Positions 21,595 to 32,601 of a stretch of 33,016 nt of DNA are shown piece by piece. Within the stretch, counting starts at the first letter, position 1. The number at the start of each line of letters is the position of its first letter. The notes below the pieces were generated by a model that had not been told where the DNA came from, searched no databases, and saw nothing but the letters and a program-made list of their open reading frames with translations. The translations under genes and the position numbers were made by a program. The DNA is from Thraustochytrium aureum (lineage: Eukaryota), in NCBI GenBank assembly GCA_012862495.1, contig BLSG01000167.1:37165-70180 (forward strand), given 5' to 3'.

Positions 21595-22560
21595 TTATTG
21601 CGAAGACGAGGCGCTGGGCACGGCTTGGTCCACCAACGGCGAAAAGTGCAGCATCTTGAGCAAGAACAAGTCAAAGTACACGATGATCGGGTTCCAGACA
21701 ACCAGAAACCGCAGCACGTCGATGAGACGCAGCCACAGCACGCTGATCCGCTTTGAATTCCACGGAATGTCGGGCAACACACTCTTGAGGTCGACCTTCT
21801 CCATGCAAAACGGGCACGACTGTTTCTTTCCCACAATACACCACCCACTGATGCAGGTAGCGTGAAACTCGTGCCCGCACGACAGCTTGTACACCTTTGG
21901 CGCATTCTCCGATTCGTCCAACTCGCCAGCCATCATCTCGAGCGTTGGGCGCAGCTCGTCGCCGCACAGCGCGCACAGATTGTGCGGCGGCGTCTCGTAC
22001 TTGGAGTAGCCAATCGTGCTGGAGATCCGCTCTGCACAAATCTCTGCAAAGTCGCGTCCGAGGACGGCAAAGTAGAGCGCAAAGAAGAGCACGGTGAGCG
22101 CGGGCCCCGGGATGAGGAGGAACGAGTACAGCGAACCCATCCCAAGGACGTAGCACACGTTGTGCGTACGAAGAAACCATGTATAGACGCGCTCTGGTGT
22201 CTTGTTAGCCAGAGGGCGCTTCATCGCCTCGCGCATGAGCACACCCGTCTGCGCCGACCATGCAAGCCACACGGCCACAAAGCAGATCGATACGGCGTCC
22301 TGGTGCCGGTACAGCACAAGCATCGGGTAGGCGAACAAAAACCCCAGCGTCACCTCCTGAAACCGTTTCGGATACTTGGCCTTGACCCTAAACAGCGCCA
22401 CCTGCAGCACCACGATGAAGAACAGGAACATGTACGCCGTCAGCTCCTTCTGGTGCATCTCCTCTGGCGAAAGGTGGTGGCCCCTCCCGTGGCGCCCCGC
22501 AGCGTCACTGTGAGCAGAAGCAGCATTGGCAGCATGGTGCTCGCCAGCGCCAGCCTCCAC
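21595..22560 (-). CDS. RNF121: RNF121/RNF175-like multi-pass membrane RING E3 ligase; start uncertain (possibly ATG 22654 with a further frameshift)
   Basis: LSPEE, [36 protein letters not shown] CALC…[34 protein letters not shown] and [13 protein letters not shown]. These match the RNF121 family signature ([20 protein letters not shown]). Confidence 0.9.
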   Translation of the reverse strand: [321 protein letters not shown]

Positions 22561-23470
22561 GATTACCGGCCGCCCGGCGCCCTTGGCCGCCGCTCGCGTT
22601 CACTAACAGCGCGCGCTCGCCCAGCTGCCGCTCGAGCTTGGCCTCGTTCGTCATCGTGCGCGCGTCCTGCGCGAGCTCCTCACCGTTCGCGTTGCGAGTC
22701 TGGACAGGTGAAAGTAGACTCAGTAGCGAGCACTGTACTACTAGTAGGTATAGGCAGGCCTACTCGGGAAAACCAACGCGTGATGGCAACCCATGGCCAG
22801 ATGCCTGACTTGGCAGACTGCGCCAGGCCCCATTGCATCCCGGACGGCTGGCCGCCTTGAAAGGCGGTCGCGAACATCGGCTTGGGCCTTTGGAGCGGGA
22901 GCGGCCTGCTCGTCAATTTGCTCGTTGGTTTGGCACGCATTTCGCCGTTCGCGACGGTGGCGAGCGCTGTCGTCGCGGGCCGCCGCTCATTGTGATGCAC
23001 TCTGTGTCACGCGCAGGCGAGGCCTCACCTCACCCAGTTGGCAAGCCTGCGTGAAGCGTCGTTTGTACAAAGGAAAGACGGACCCGCGGTCGGTTACACC
23101 CAAGAGGCGGAGTCGCGTGTTTTGCTCCAGTTCCGGTGCCCTGGAATGGAGCACTGGGAAGATGCTTTGGCTCGATCACCTCATGGGCCTTGTGAGCACT
23201 GGGGGATTGGTCCTCGCTCTTCTGGATCAAGAGCAACCACCTGAACGCGCAGGTTTTATAGGTACCCACCTCCTGCATTGTCACGCTGCGCTTCGAGTTC
23301 CTTTGACAGCGCTGCTGAGTTTGCTCTTTGACCGCCCGGCCCTTGGCCAGCCCTCCTCCATCAAGGTTGACCGTTGACCGCGGCACTGCTCCTGCGACGA
23401 AGTGGCGCAAAGGTGCGCTTGTCCGTTGACATGCGGACATCTGCGTTTCAACGCCGGCCAGACTCGCAAG

Positions 23471-25464
23471 ATGGCCGACCAGCAACGTGCGGCGGCGAGC
23501 GAAGGGCGCAATGAGCTTGAGCAACGCGAGGGCACAAGGGGCGACGCTGCCGCACCAAGGCGATCAAGCGTCGAAAAGGCACTTCGGCGCGAGGCTGTCG
23601 ACAGCAAAATTGCACCGAGTACGCGGAGGAGCTTCTGCGCGGTGCCGGTTTCCGTGCAAAAATAGAGCGCGCCAGCGTCCCAGAACCCAGTAGCTTGGCC
23701 CTTGCTCTCGACTCGGAGCNNNNNNNNNNNNNNNNNNNNNNNNNNNNNNNNNNNNNNNNNNNNNNNNNNNNNNNNNNNNNNNNNNNNNNNNNNNNNNNNN
23801 NNNNNNNNNNNNNNNNNNNNNNNNNNNNNNNNNNNNNNNNNNNNNNNNNNNAAGCCGCTCGAGACTGTCCTTGTGCTCGTGCCAATGATACTCTTTGGGG
23901 GCGTGCTCCCAGGGTTGCTTGGTGGCGCCATGTACTGGGTGTCCGAGCGGACGCGAGTGTTGCTCTTGTCGCCGTTTGGTGTGGACCAGTCCAGCGGAGA
24001 ACCCATCACCATACCCAACATGCAGGACACCGATATGCCCTTGGCGTACCTGAAGTGGGCGTGGTTTGAAGACGCCGTCGTGTTTGGCTACTTTCCAATC
24101 ATGTTTTCTGTCCTCGCACGATTTAACCGCCTAGAGTCGCTGGCCATGGCAGGAGTTACTCTGATAGGATTCGGGGTCGGGCTCGTTCTCCGCTCGACGG
24201 TGGACAAGACCCTTTGGATCATCTTGCCCTTTAGCGCGCCATCCATAGGACTCAAGCTGGTCGCCCCGAAGAGCGGCCTGGCCATGCAAGCCCTCTTCCA
24301 GTCAATCTGCATGCTTTTGGGAGTGATTCTGCTCACCGGGTACAGACTGTTCGAGACGCCGACAGACACTTGGCGCTTTGTGGTTGCTGTAATCGTTTTC
24401 CCGTTCTTCCGGGAGCTCATCTACGGTATCTCGCGTCTCAGTGCGAGGCGCATGCTCCTGAAGCCTTCGATGGGCGGCCGAAACGTGAACAAGACAGCTA
24501 TCTGGGGAATCTTTTTGTGGCCGTGTGTTGTGGGGTCTCTGATCCTTCGGCTCCGATTTCAAAACTTTAGAGACGAATCCACGCTCTACTTGGCAGTCTC
24601 AGTACAGGCTCTTTTTGAGCTCGCGCAAAGGCTCACGTTGGAGAAGCGTGATCGATTTCTCGCGAGGGTCGTGTCGACCGTGCCTTGGCTATTTTCGCTG
24701 CGGACGCGGGTTGGCCCTGCGCAACAAACCTTGCAGGCGCCCACAGCGCACACGCCTCGAGCTACCGCTGTGCTGCCCTTGGTCAGGATAAGTAAGACGA
24801 CCAAGCGGGTACTGATTCATTTTGATGGTGGCACGGAGGAGACGTTGGCCTCGGACAGCGTGGATACCCAGGCTAGCCGCAAGGCTGTTTACGCCATGTT
24901 TATCCTGGGCGAGATCGTCGGTAAGTTTAGCATCCGCACAATTTCATCGCGCGTCTGCTGACGCGACGGGTCGCAGCCGAGCTCGTGGCGATCCTTCTTG
25001 TTCCCGTCATTTACTTCCTGATGGACAGGACAAAGCTCAGCGAGGTCGAGCTGGAACAGTTTCAGCTTATGGAGCACCCCTTCCAGGACTCGTTCCCGAT
25101 GAACCGCCTGCTCGCGTCGACTGCATTCCAACTAATTGCCGAGCTCGTCGTGGACACCGCCGCCTCTGCTTGGGAAGTCTCGAACGGTTTCCCTCTCTTA
25201 GCCGTGTGGAGCGGGCGACCACGGTGGACGTGGAGTGGCATCCTGTTCCTCGCGACGTTTCTTGGCAGCGCTATGACCAGAGCGCTTCTGAAAAGCGACA
25301 ATTCGTTCGAGGCTTGTCGTGGCCGAGACATTTGCTGGTGCATCGTGGATGCGACGACGAACGACACGCTCTCTATTTTGGCGCCGGGCGACTCCATGCA
25401 AGGTGCGATGATCAAGTCGTACTGCGAGTTTGCGTACAATGAGACGGCTGGGATACCTACGTAG
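23471..25464 (+). CDS. Uncharacterised ~11-TM membrane protein, tandem copy A (intron 24921-24976; apparent frameshift at 23658-23662; gap 23720-23850)
   Basis: ATG 23471 MADQQR…. The body aligns with copies B and C. GTAAGT…GCTGAC…GCAG intron joins ILGEIV-AELVAI. Ends YNETAGIPT*. Confidence 0.85.
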
Positions 25465-26472
25465 ACTGACACATACTCGAGCTAGTAGCTTTTCTCTGTA
25501 GTTGTAGTTGTAGTAGTCTACCTGTGTAGTAGACACAGAGCTCTAGGCTAGCTAGCAGAGAGCGCTCGAAACCTGACTCAACCGACACGACTCAGTTGCA
25601 CCCTCCGCTGGACGGGCCTTGGTCGCAGAGGCAAACGACCTTGAGGGATTCCCAAAGGACCCTGAGAAATTGCGATAGCCGCACTAGCGTTGTCTGGTTG
25701 GCCCTGGTTCGGGTGTGGTGGAGGAGTCGAGGTAGGCTGGTCATGTCTGGGCTTGACAAACGGGAGAGCTGTGCGCGTTATCCAGAGGCATGGCAACGAC
25801 GTGCAAGCATCACAGACGTACATGCTCGTTGAGCTGCGCGCAGATCGTCAAGGAGCCACTGCTTCAAAGGTCTTGACGGCTCTGGAGCAGGGGGGTTGTC
25901 CGAGCGGGCGTGAGCTCGAGCGACGAGGTGCCCCGGTGCCAGACAAGTTGCCGGCTCCTGCCGTTCAAGAAGGCGGTAACCAACTGGACGGGGAGCGACA
26001 GGGGCCAGGCGGCCCCTTGCGTGAAACTCCTAGCCGATAGGACCACAACAGACTGTTTCTCTTCCTCCCGTCGCCCTCGCATGAGCGCCTTGTTGCGTTG
26101 CCTTTCATCTTGCATCGTCCCCAACCCTGCAATTGCACGCGGTCATCGCGCACTCCACCAAGACGAAGGACGGGCCAGGGGCGGTAGCCCCGCTGGCTAT
26201 AGTGTATTTCAACCGCATTGAGTACGCTGGCGCTGTCTGTTTGGCCTGGCGCGCAATTCCCGGTCTATTTTCGCGGAGGGTGGATAACAAAAGAGGTAGG
26301 TAGGTACTTAGTTCGGTTGAGTGAAGATTTCAAGGTCCGGTAGATCCGTTTTCGACGCGGTTCAACCCAAAGGGAGGTCCTTCCCCATCTCCGCCTGGCG
26401 AACTACGCGGCAAGACAAACCCCGAAGCAGCCAGTCGCGAATCTGCTTCTGCCACCGGCTTGCTCGTCAAAA

Positions 26473-28328
26473 ATGGCCGAGCAGAGCAGCGCGGCACCAC
26501 CGCTGGCATCGTCCACGGACGAGCCGGAGCCTGCAAATGCTGGCAATGTGCACAACGACTCAACGCGACAGGGCGAGGGATTGGGCGCTGGAGCGAAAGC
26601 GAATTCAACGCAGCACCAGCTGCAGAAAGTATCGACAGCGCGCGATCTGTTGCAATTGAACCCTTCGGACAGGCTGCTGTCGGTTATCAAACTGGAGCAA
26701 GCGCATCCGCTAAGGGCAGCCCTCGAGCTCCTACCAAAACTCTTCGCTGGTGGTGTACTCCCGAGCCTAGCGGGAGGCGTCATGTTCTGGGTTTACAGCA
26801 AAATCAGAGACATGGCGTTTTCGCCCTTCGGCGTGGACCAGGCCAGCGCAGAGCCGATAACGATGTTTCAGTTTCCTCAAAAGAGCGGGCTTGGTGCCTA
26901 TCTGCAGTGGGCTTGGGTCGAGGACCTTGTTGCGTACCTGTACTTCCCGAGCATTTTTTCGCTCTATGCAAACTTTAACCGCCGCCAGACGTTGGGAATG
27001 GTGGCAGTCACCATGGCAGGATACGCGCTTGGGCTCCTCGTTCGTCAGTTGCTGAACAAAAGCGTGATGTGGGTCATCCTTCCCTTCAGTGCTCCGGCCG
27101 TCGCGCTCCAAGTGCTCGCACCAGGCAGTGGAATGGCCTCGCTAACGATATATCAGTCATGCTCACTCTTATTTGGTGTGCTGCTGCTCGCAGGGTACCA
27201 GGCGGTGAGAACCCCGACAGAGACGTGGCGCTTTTTCCTGGCTGTGGTCGTTTTCCCGCTGTTTCGCGAAGTAGTCTACAGCCTTACGAGGCGCAGCGCA
27301 AAGATCATGGTCCTGCATCCGGCGGTCGGGAAACAAATGGTCAACAGGATGGCCGTCTGGGGAATATTTCTGTGGCCCTGCACTGTCGGGGCCTTGGTCC
27401 GGCGCTTGCGCTTCCAGAACTTTCAAGACGAATCAACCCTCTACTTGGCCGTGGCGTTACAAGCCGTTTTCGAGCTTGTGCAGCGGTTCACTTTGGAGAA
27501 GCGGGACCTCTTCTTTGGGCGAATTATGGATCGGGCCAAGGTCGCGATTTCTCAATGCTTCACGCTGGCCGCCCAAATACACCCTGCACCACCTTCACAG
27601 ACATCGCTTGGGCCCCACAAACCTGTCGTAGTTCCGAAAAGCCATGGCTTTTCGGAACGGCAGTTGACAATTAACTTCAACAGCGGTCGCGAGGAGACCG
27701 TCGTATCAGACGCTGCGTCGATCAGAGCGAGCCGACGAGCGGTTTACTCCATGTTTATCCTCGGCGAGGTAATCTGTAAGTTGCGGTGGATTGCGGGGCG
27801 CAGGGACGCTCAGTGTATCGACTGACACTGCAGCTGCGCGTTGCAGCCGAACATGTGGCGATCCTTTCGGTGCCCGTCATATACGGCATGCTGGAGAACA
27901 TGAAGCTTAGTGACATCCAATTGGAGCAGTTTCAGATGATGGAGGGCCCATTCACGGAGCCGTTCCCGATGCGCAGGCTGATTTCATCGACGGTGCTTCA
28001 GGTCCTCGTTCAAGTGCTCGTCGACGCAATTGCTTTTGCGTGGGAGATTTCGCATGGGTTTCCCATCTTGGCCGTATGGCGTGGCAGGCCGCCGTGGGCC
28101 TGGAGCTGTATTCTGGTTTTCTCAACTTTCTTAAGCAGTTCGATGCTGCGAACGCTCTTGGTTGAAAATGGCAACGTGTACGAGCCATGCATGGGGCGGG
28201 ATGTTTGCTGGTGCTTCGTAAACTCAACGGACAACGGAACGGAGGCCGACTCGGGTTCGTTTCCAATCTCGATGGTCAGGTCATACTGCACGTTTGTCTA
28301 CAATGGGACGGCCGGAGTGCCGCGGTGA
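26473..28328 (+). CDS. Uncharacterised ~11-TM membrane protein, tandem copy B (intron 27776-27846)
   Basis: ATG 26473. GTAAGT…ACTGAC…GCAG intron joins ILGEVI-SEHVAI. Ends YNGTAGVPR*. Confidence 0.9.
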
Positions 28329-28686
28329 TGAAAGGGCCTTGCGCGACACCGACTGCTCACCTCGCCTTGGATGAGCGCAGCGGGAAAAAAATATCTCATT
28401 TCTGTAAGCGCGTTCACATGCTTGCTCTCTTGTCGAGTTGTTGCGCGGTCGCTGCGGCGTGCTTTCAGGCGCACTGCCGCTGATAGCGGACCCCGACAGG
28501 GCAGCACTCGATCGGCACGAGCGTCGAACATGCGAGTCAAGTCAGTCGTAGTACTGAGGTAAGTACTCAGCCTGTTCTCTCAGAAGCAGCTGTCCGTTGA
28601 ATACTCTAGAGCACACGTCGAGCGAGGCGCGGGCCCGAGGCACTCGCTCGGGCACGCACGGCGCAGTTCCGGCTGCAGGCGCACAA

Positions 28687-30516
28687 ATGAGTGCTGCGAA
28701 CTGGGCGACAGGAGCAGCCGGCAGCGGCAGCGCTCAAGCTGGCCATGAGCGGGCCAAGGAGGGCAACGTGGATACTGCGCAACATGCGGATGCTTCAACG
28801 GTGCCTTGTTCAGTCGCCTACGCGAAGGGCACGGCTGAAGCCAAAGCCCTCCCGTCGCTGATCGAGCTGGAGAGAGCGCAGCCTATCAAGACAGCCCTCA
28901 CGCTCCTGCCCTTGGTTCTGGCCGGCGGGGTGCTGCCAGGCGTGGTGGGCGGGGCCATCTTCTGGGCCTACCATCGAACTCGCGTGTCACACCTCTCGCC
29001 CTTCGGCATCGACCAGACCAGTGGAGAACCCCTCATCATGTTCAACAGCCCAGAGAATTCGGGGCCATGGAACTACTTGAAGTGGGCATGGTTCGAGGAT
29101 GCCGTCGTGTTTGGGTACTTTCCAGCACTGTTTGCGGTGTACGCCAAACTCAACTGGCGCCAAACGCTGGGACTGGTCGCAATAACCACCGGAGGCTATG
29201 CGCTTGGGCTCGCTGTCCGCACTACCGTTGATGACACGATGTGGATTCTGCTGCCCTTCGGTGCGCCGGGCTTTGGGCTTTGGCTGTTCGTGTCAGGTCG
29301 TGGGTTGGAATGGCAAGCTGTTTACCAGTCGCTCTGCATGCTGATAGGAGCGATCCTCCTCACAGGATACCAAATATTTGGAGCACCCACGGAGACGTGG
29401 CGGTTTCTACTGGCAGTGGTCGTGTTCCCTTTCGTTCGCGAGCTGATGTACGGCCTCTCGCGACATACCGCGAAGCAGATGCTACAAAGACCAAGTGTCG
29501 GCGGCCACAAGGTCAACAAAGCAGCGTCTTGGGGCTTTTTCCTATGGCCTTGCATCCTTGGAGCCTTTGTTCTCCGCCTCCGGTTCCAAACCTTTCGCAA
29601 TGATTCCACACTGGCGCTTGCCGTGGCAATGCAAGCTGTTTTCGAGCTTGTGCAGCGGCTCACGTTGGAAAAGCGCGATATTTTCCTCGAGCGATTTGTT
29701 TCAAGAGCAAAAGCGCTCTTGTGGTGGCCGTTGAAGCGGTCTGCCCGTGTGGGCCCATCGCCGGGGCCACCCAACTCGGCTCTATTGCAGCCTCCTAGAA
29801 AAGTGTCCATCGTTTTGCCTTCAAGCCAGTTTTCACCGAGTCGAGCAACCATCCACTTCAACGGGGAGATCGAAGAGGTCATTGCTTTTGACGTCGAGTC
29901 TCTCCGGGCTAGCGCCAAGGCGGTCTACTCTATGTTTATTCTCGGCGAGATTGTTGGTAAGTTGTCTGGGCACAAGTGAGGCGCACTATTTTTGGCGCCC
30001 AGCTGACAGTCGCCAAAACATCGTGCAGCCGAGCTCGTAGCGATCGTCCTCGTACCGATAATCTACATCATGATGGAGAGGTACAAGCTGAGCGGAGTCG
30101 AGCTAGAGCAGTTTCTGTTGATGGAGCGGCCCTTCACCGAGCCGTTTCCGTTGGGTCATCTTCTTGCGTCAACGGCGCTGCAGCTCGTCGCGGAGCTATG
30201 CGTGGACGTAGCTGCCTCCGCGTGGGAGATTTCGCACGGCTTTCCGCTGTTGGCTGTTTGGCGAGGTAGGCCGGCTCTGGCGTGGAGCGGGATCCTGATG
30301 CTGTCGGCATTCCTTGCGAGCGCAATGGTGCGGGCGCTTCTGCAGAGCGATGTTTCAGCGTACGAAGCTTGTACCGACCAGGACGTTTGCTGGTGCAAGG
30401 TGAATGCGACGACCAATCTCACTCTTTTGGAAGGAGAGGACTCTTTCGAGGATTCGATAGTGAAGTCTTACTGCAGGTTTGTGTACAATGCCACGGCTGG
30501 GGTGCCTCCGTTCTAA
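28687..30516 (+). CDS. Uncharacterised ~11-TM membrane protein, tandem copy C (intron 29957-30028)
   Basis: First in-frame ATG at 28687. GTAAGT…GCTGAC…GCAG intron joins ILGEIV-AELVAI. Ends YNATAGVPPF*. Confidence 0.9.
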
Positions 30517-31030
30517 GTCAGTCTCAACCAAGGGGGGGGTCGCCGAGTCGTCGCAGGAGGGAGATCGGAAATTAGCTCCGGCCAGAAATCAAGTTGGATT
30601 GCCCGAGGTCTGTCAAGAGAACCGGGAAAGCCCGCAACTTGCGAAGACAAACACAAGCAGCAAACGTGCGGGGCGCTTGACGGGGCAAGACATTCACTCC
30701 TTCCTGAGTTAGGCCTCGGTGGCCAGGGCAGTGCAGGCTGAAGGTTTTCTGGCCAGGCGTCGCTTCCGCGAGATCCTTACATTCGGAAGCCCTTGCATTA
30801 GGTGCTTCTCTACTTACAATAACGGCGCCCTTGTGCCGACAGGCCCGGCCAAGCGTGGGACCGGGCTGGGCCATGAACAGCATACCGCCGTCGTGGCGCG
30901 CCCATCGGTGATTCACAAGATTTTGCAACACTCAGTGAAGGTAGCTAGCTCTAGCTAGAGCTCTTAAAAGTAGGCGAAACGTCGAAGAGTAAAACCAATT
31001 GCAGCCGACCGGCCTGACTTGGATCGTTCG

Positions 31031-32194
31031 CTACAGCAACAGGGTCACGAGAAGGGCCGCTAGAAGCGGCAGGCCCCCATGTAGTACGGAAGCGGAAGAT
31101 ACCGTCTCCCCAGCGCTAGCAGCTGCAGTGCGTCTGAGAACGCTCGAAATGTACTTGCCCGCACAGGAGAGCCGTGCCCAGTCTTTGGTCCCGCAGGCGC
31201 CAGGCTGCAGCGCAGCGCTCGTTTCGTCTTTGTCTGCAAAGCTCCACATGACCCAGGAAACGCGGATGCCAGTCTCTTGCCCTGAAAAGAGGTCGAGAAA
31301 CGCTTTTGTCGTGTCGAGGAATGGCCCGTTGTCGCCAGATGCCTCGCTCACGCCAAACTCGGTGACAAAGAGCGGAATCTTCGTCACCGTTTCGCGGAAG
31401 CGGTCTTGCAAGCTCTCGTGTGTCCCCGCGTAAAAGTGGAACGCGTACATGACGTTGGCGGGCTGCGCAACTGGGTTTGCCGCCGCGAGGTGGATATCCT
31501 GGCTCCAAGTTGTGGTTCCAGCGAGGATGATCGTCGAGCTGTCGATGGCGCGGATTGCGCTGATCACTGCGTCGTGGTAGGCCTTGACGGATGCCCACTC
31601 GACGTTGTTCGGCTCGTTTGCGATTTCGTACAGCACATGGGACTTTTCTTTGTATGCTGTCGCAGCTGCCCTCCAGTAGTCGATGGCGGTTCCGGAGTTG
31701 GCGCCCTCGCCGTCCAGCCAGGCATTCGGGTTGCCCGGCGTGAGCACATGCCAGTCGATGATTACGTATATGCCCAGCTCCTCGCACCACTGGACGATGT
31801 CGCTGACCCGCTTGGCGTTGAGCTCGGGGTTTGTCGCGTACCCGCCTTCCCCGATGTACATGGCGGCGCGGAAGACGTTGACGCCCCAGGTATCGACCAT
31901 CATCTCGATAGAGGCCTTGCTGTAGCAGTCGGGGAACCAGTGCAACCCGTGGCTGCTCATGCCGCGTAGCTGGACGGGCTGGTCTTTTGCGTTGACAAGC
32001 TGCACGCCCTTCAGTTTGAGCTTGCCGTTCACGACGGCGTACCCGCGGCTATTCACCGCCTGCGTCACGAGCCCCTCGTCGCACGACGCTGGGCCTGTGT
32101 CGGCAGCACCGACTTGTTGTGCAGCGGCCAAGCACGCGAGCGCAAAGGCGGCCGCCGCACACGCGGCCGCGCGAGCAAGGGAAGCAACTCTCAT
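31031..32194 (-). CDS. Glycoside hydrolase family 5 endoglucanase (GH5_2-like), secreted, probably GPI-anchored
   Basis: N-terminal signal peptide. VQLRGMSSHGLHWF, GIYVIIDWH, YEIANEP (acid/base Glu), YAFHFYA, PLFVTEFG (nucleophile Glu), SWVMWSFADKDETSAAL. Hydrophobic C-terminus LPLLAALLVTLLL* with no cytosolic tail. Confidence 0.93.
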   Translation of the reverse strand: MRVASLARAAACAAAAFALACLAAAQQVGAADTGPASCDEGLVTQAVNSRGYAVVNGKLKLKGVQLVNAKDQPVQLRGMSSHGLHWFPDCYSKASIEMMVDTWGVNVFRAAMYIGEGGYATNPELNAKRVSDIVQWCEELGIYVIIDWHVLTPGNPNAWLDGEGANSGTAIDYWRAAATAYKEKSHVLYEIANEPNNVEWASVKAYHDAVISAIRAIDSSTIILAGTTTWSQDIHLAAANPVAQPANVMYAFHFYAGTHESLQDRFRETVTKIPLFVTEFGVSEASGDNGPFLDTTKAFLDLFSGQETGIRVSWVMWSFADKDETSAALQPGACGTKDWARLSCAGKYISSVLRRTAAASAGETVSSASVLHGGLPLLAALLVTLLL

Positions 32195-32601
32195 TTTCCG
32201 TTCGCCTGGACTCGCAGCAAGTAGAGGAGTTACTCGACGTTGCAGCGCGGGACTTGCTCACCCGATCTGGCTTTGCTGGTTGCGTTTCACGTCAGTCCTG
32301 GCCACGGTTGCGTGCATGCTGCAGACAATTGGAAAGGCGAAAGCCAAGCTTGAGCTTTGGGCTCGCTCATCAGTCCGCCTGGCTGGCACTCGCGAGTAGG
32401 CACTGGTACTGAGTTTGGCCTAGGACAAAAACAAGGGCGCGCGCCACTTGCGCGCCACAGCACAAGTTGGCAAATGCGGCACCGCTCGAACTTGCCCGCC
32501 GGAGCCAATGTCGTGGATAGCCTCCCTGTGGATAGGTGTGGACGGAGCGGCGCGCGACAGCGCGTTGAGTAATTACAAGCAGAGTAAAAGTCATCAATTT
32601 T

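Noticed and set aside
25465..26472. Short ORFs between TM copies A and B (e.g. 25690..26040) as a gene or transposon remnant
   Set aside because: No recognisable motif, no terminal inverted repeats or target-site duplication seen, and no similarity to the flanking paralogs.
28555..28680. GTAAGT at ~28559 as a 5'-UTR intron or upstream coding exon for copy C
   Set aside because: Plausible but unsupported: no clear branch point and no matching upstream exon in the paralogs. It needs transcript data.
17697..32194. Bacterial contamination or operon suggested by MmpL and GH5_2
   Set aside because: Spliceosomal introns, a GPI-like signal and interleaved eukaryote-specific genes (RNF121, and U-box elsewhere in the window) show this is eukaryotic DNA.
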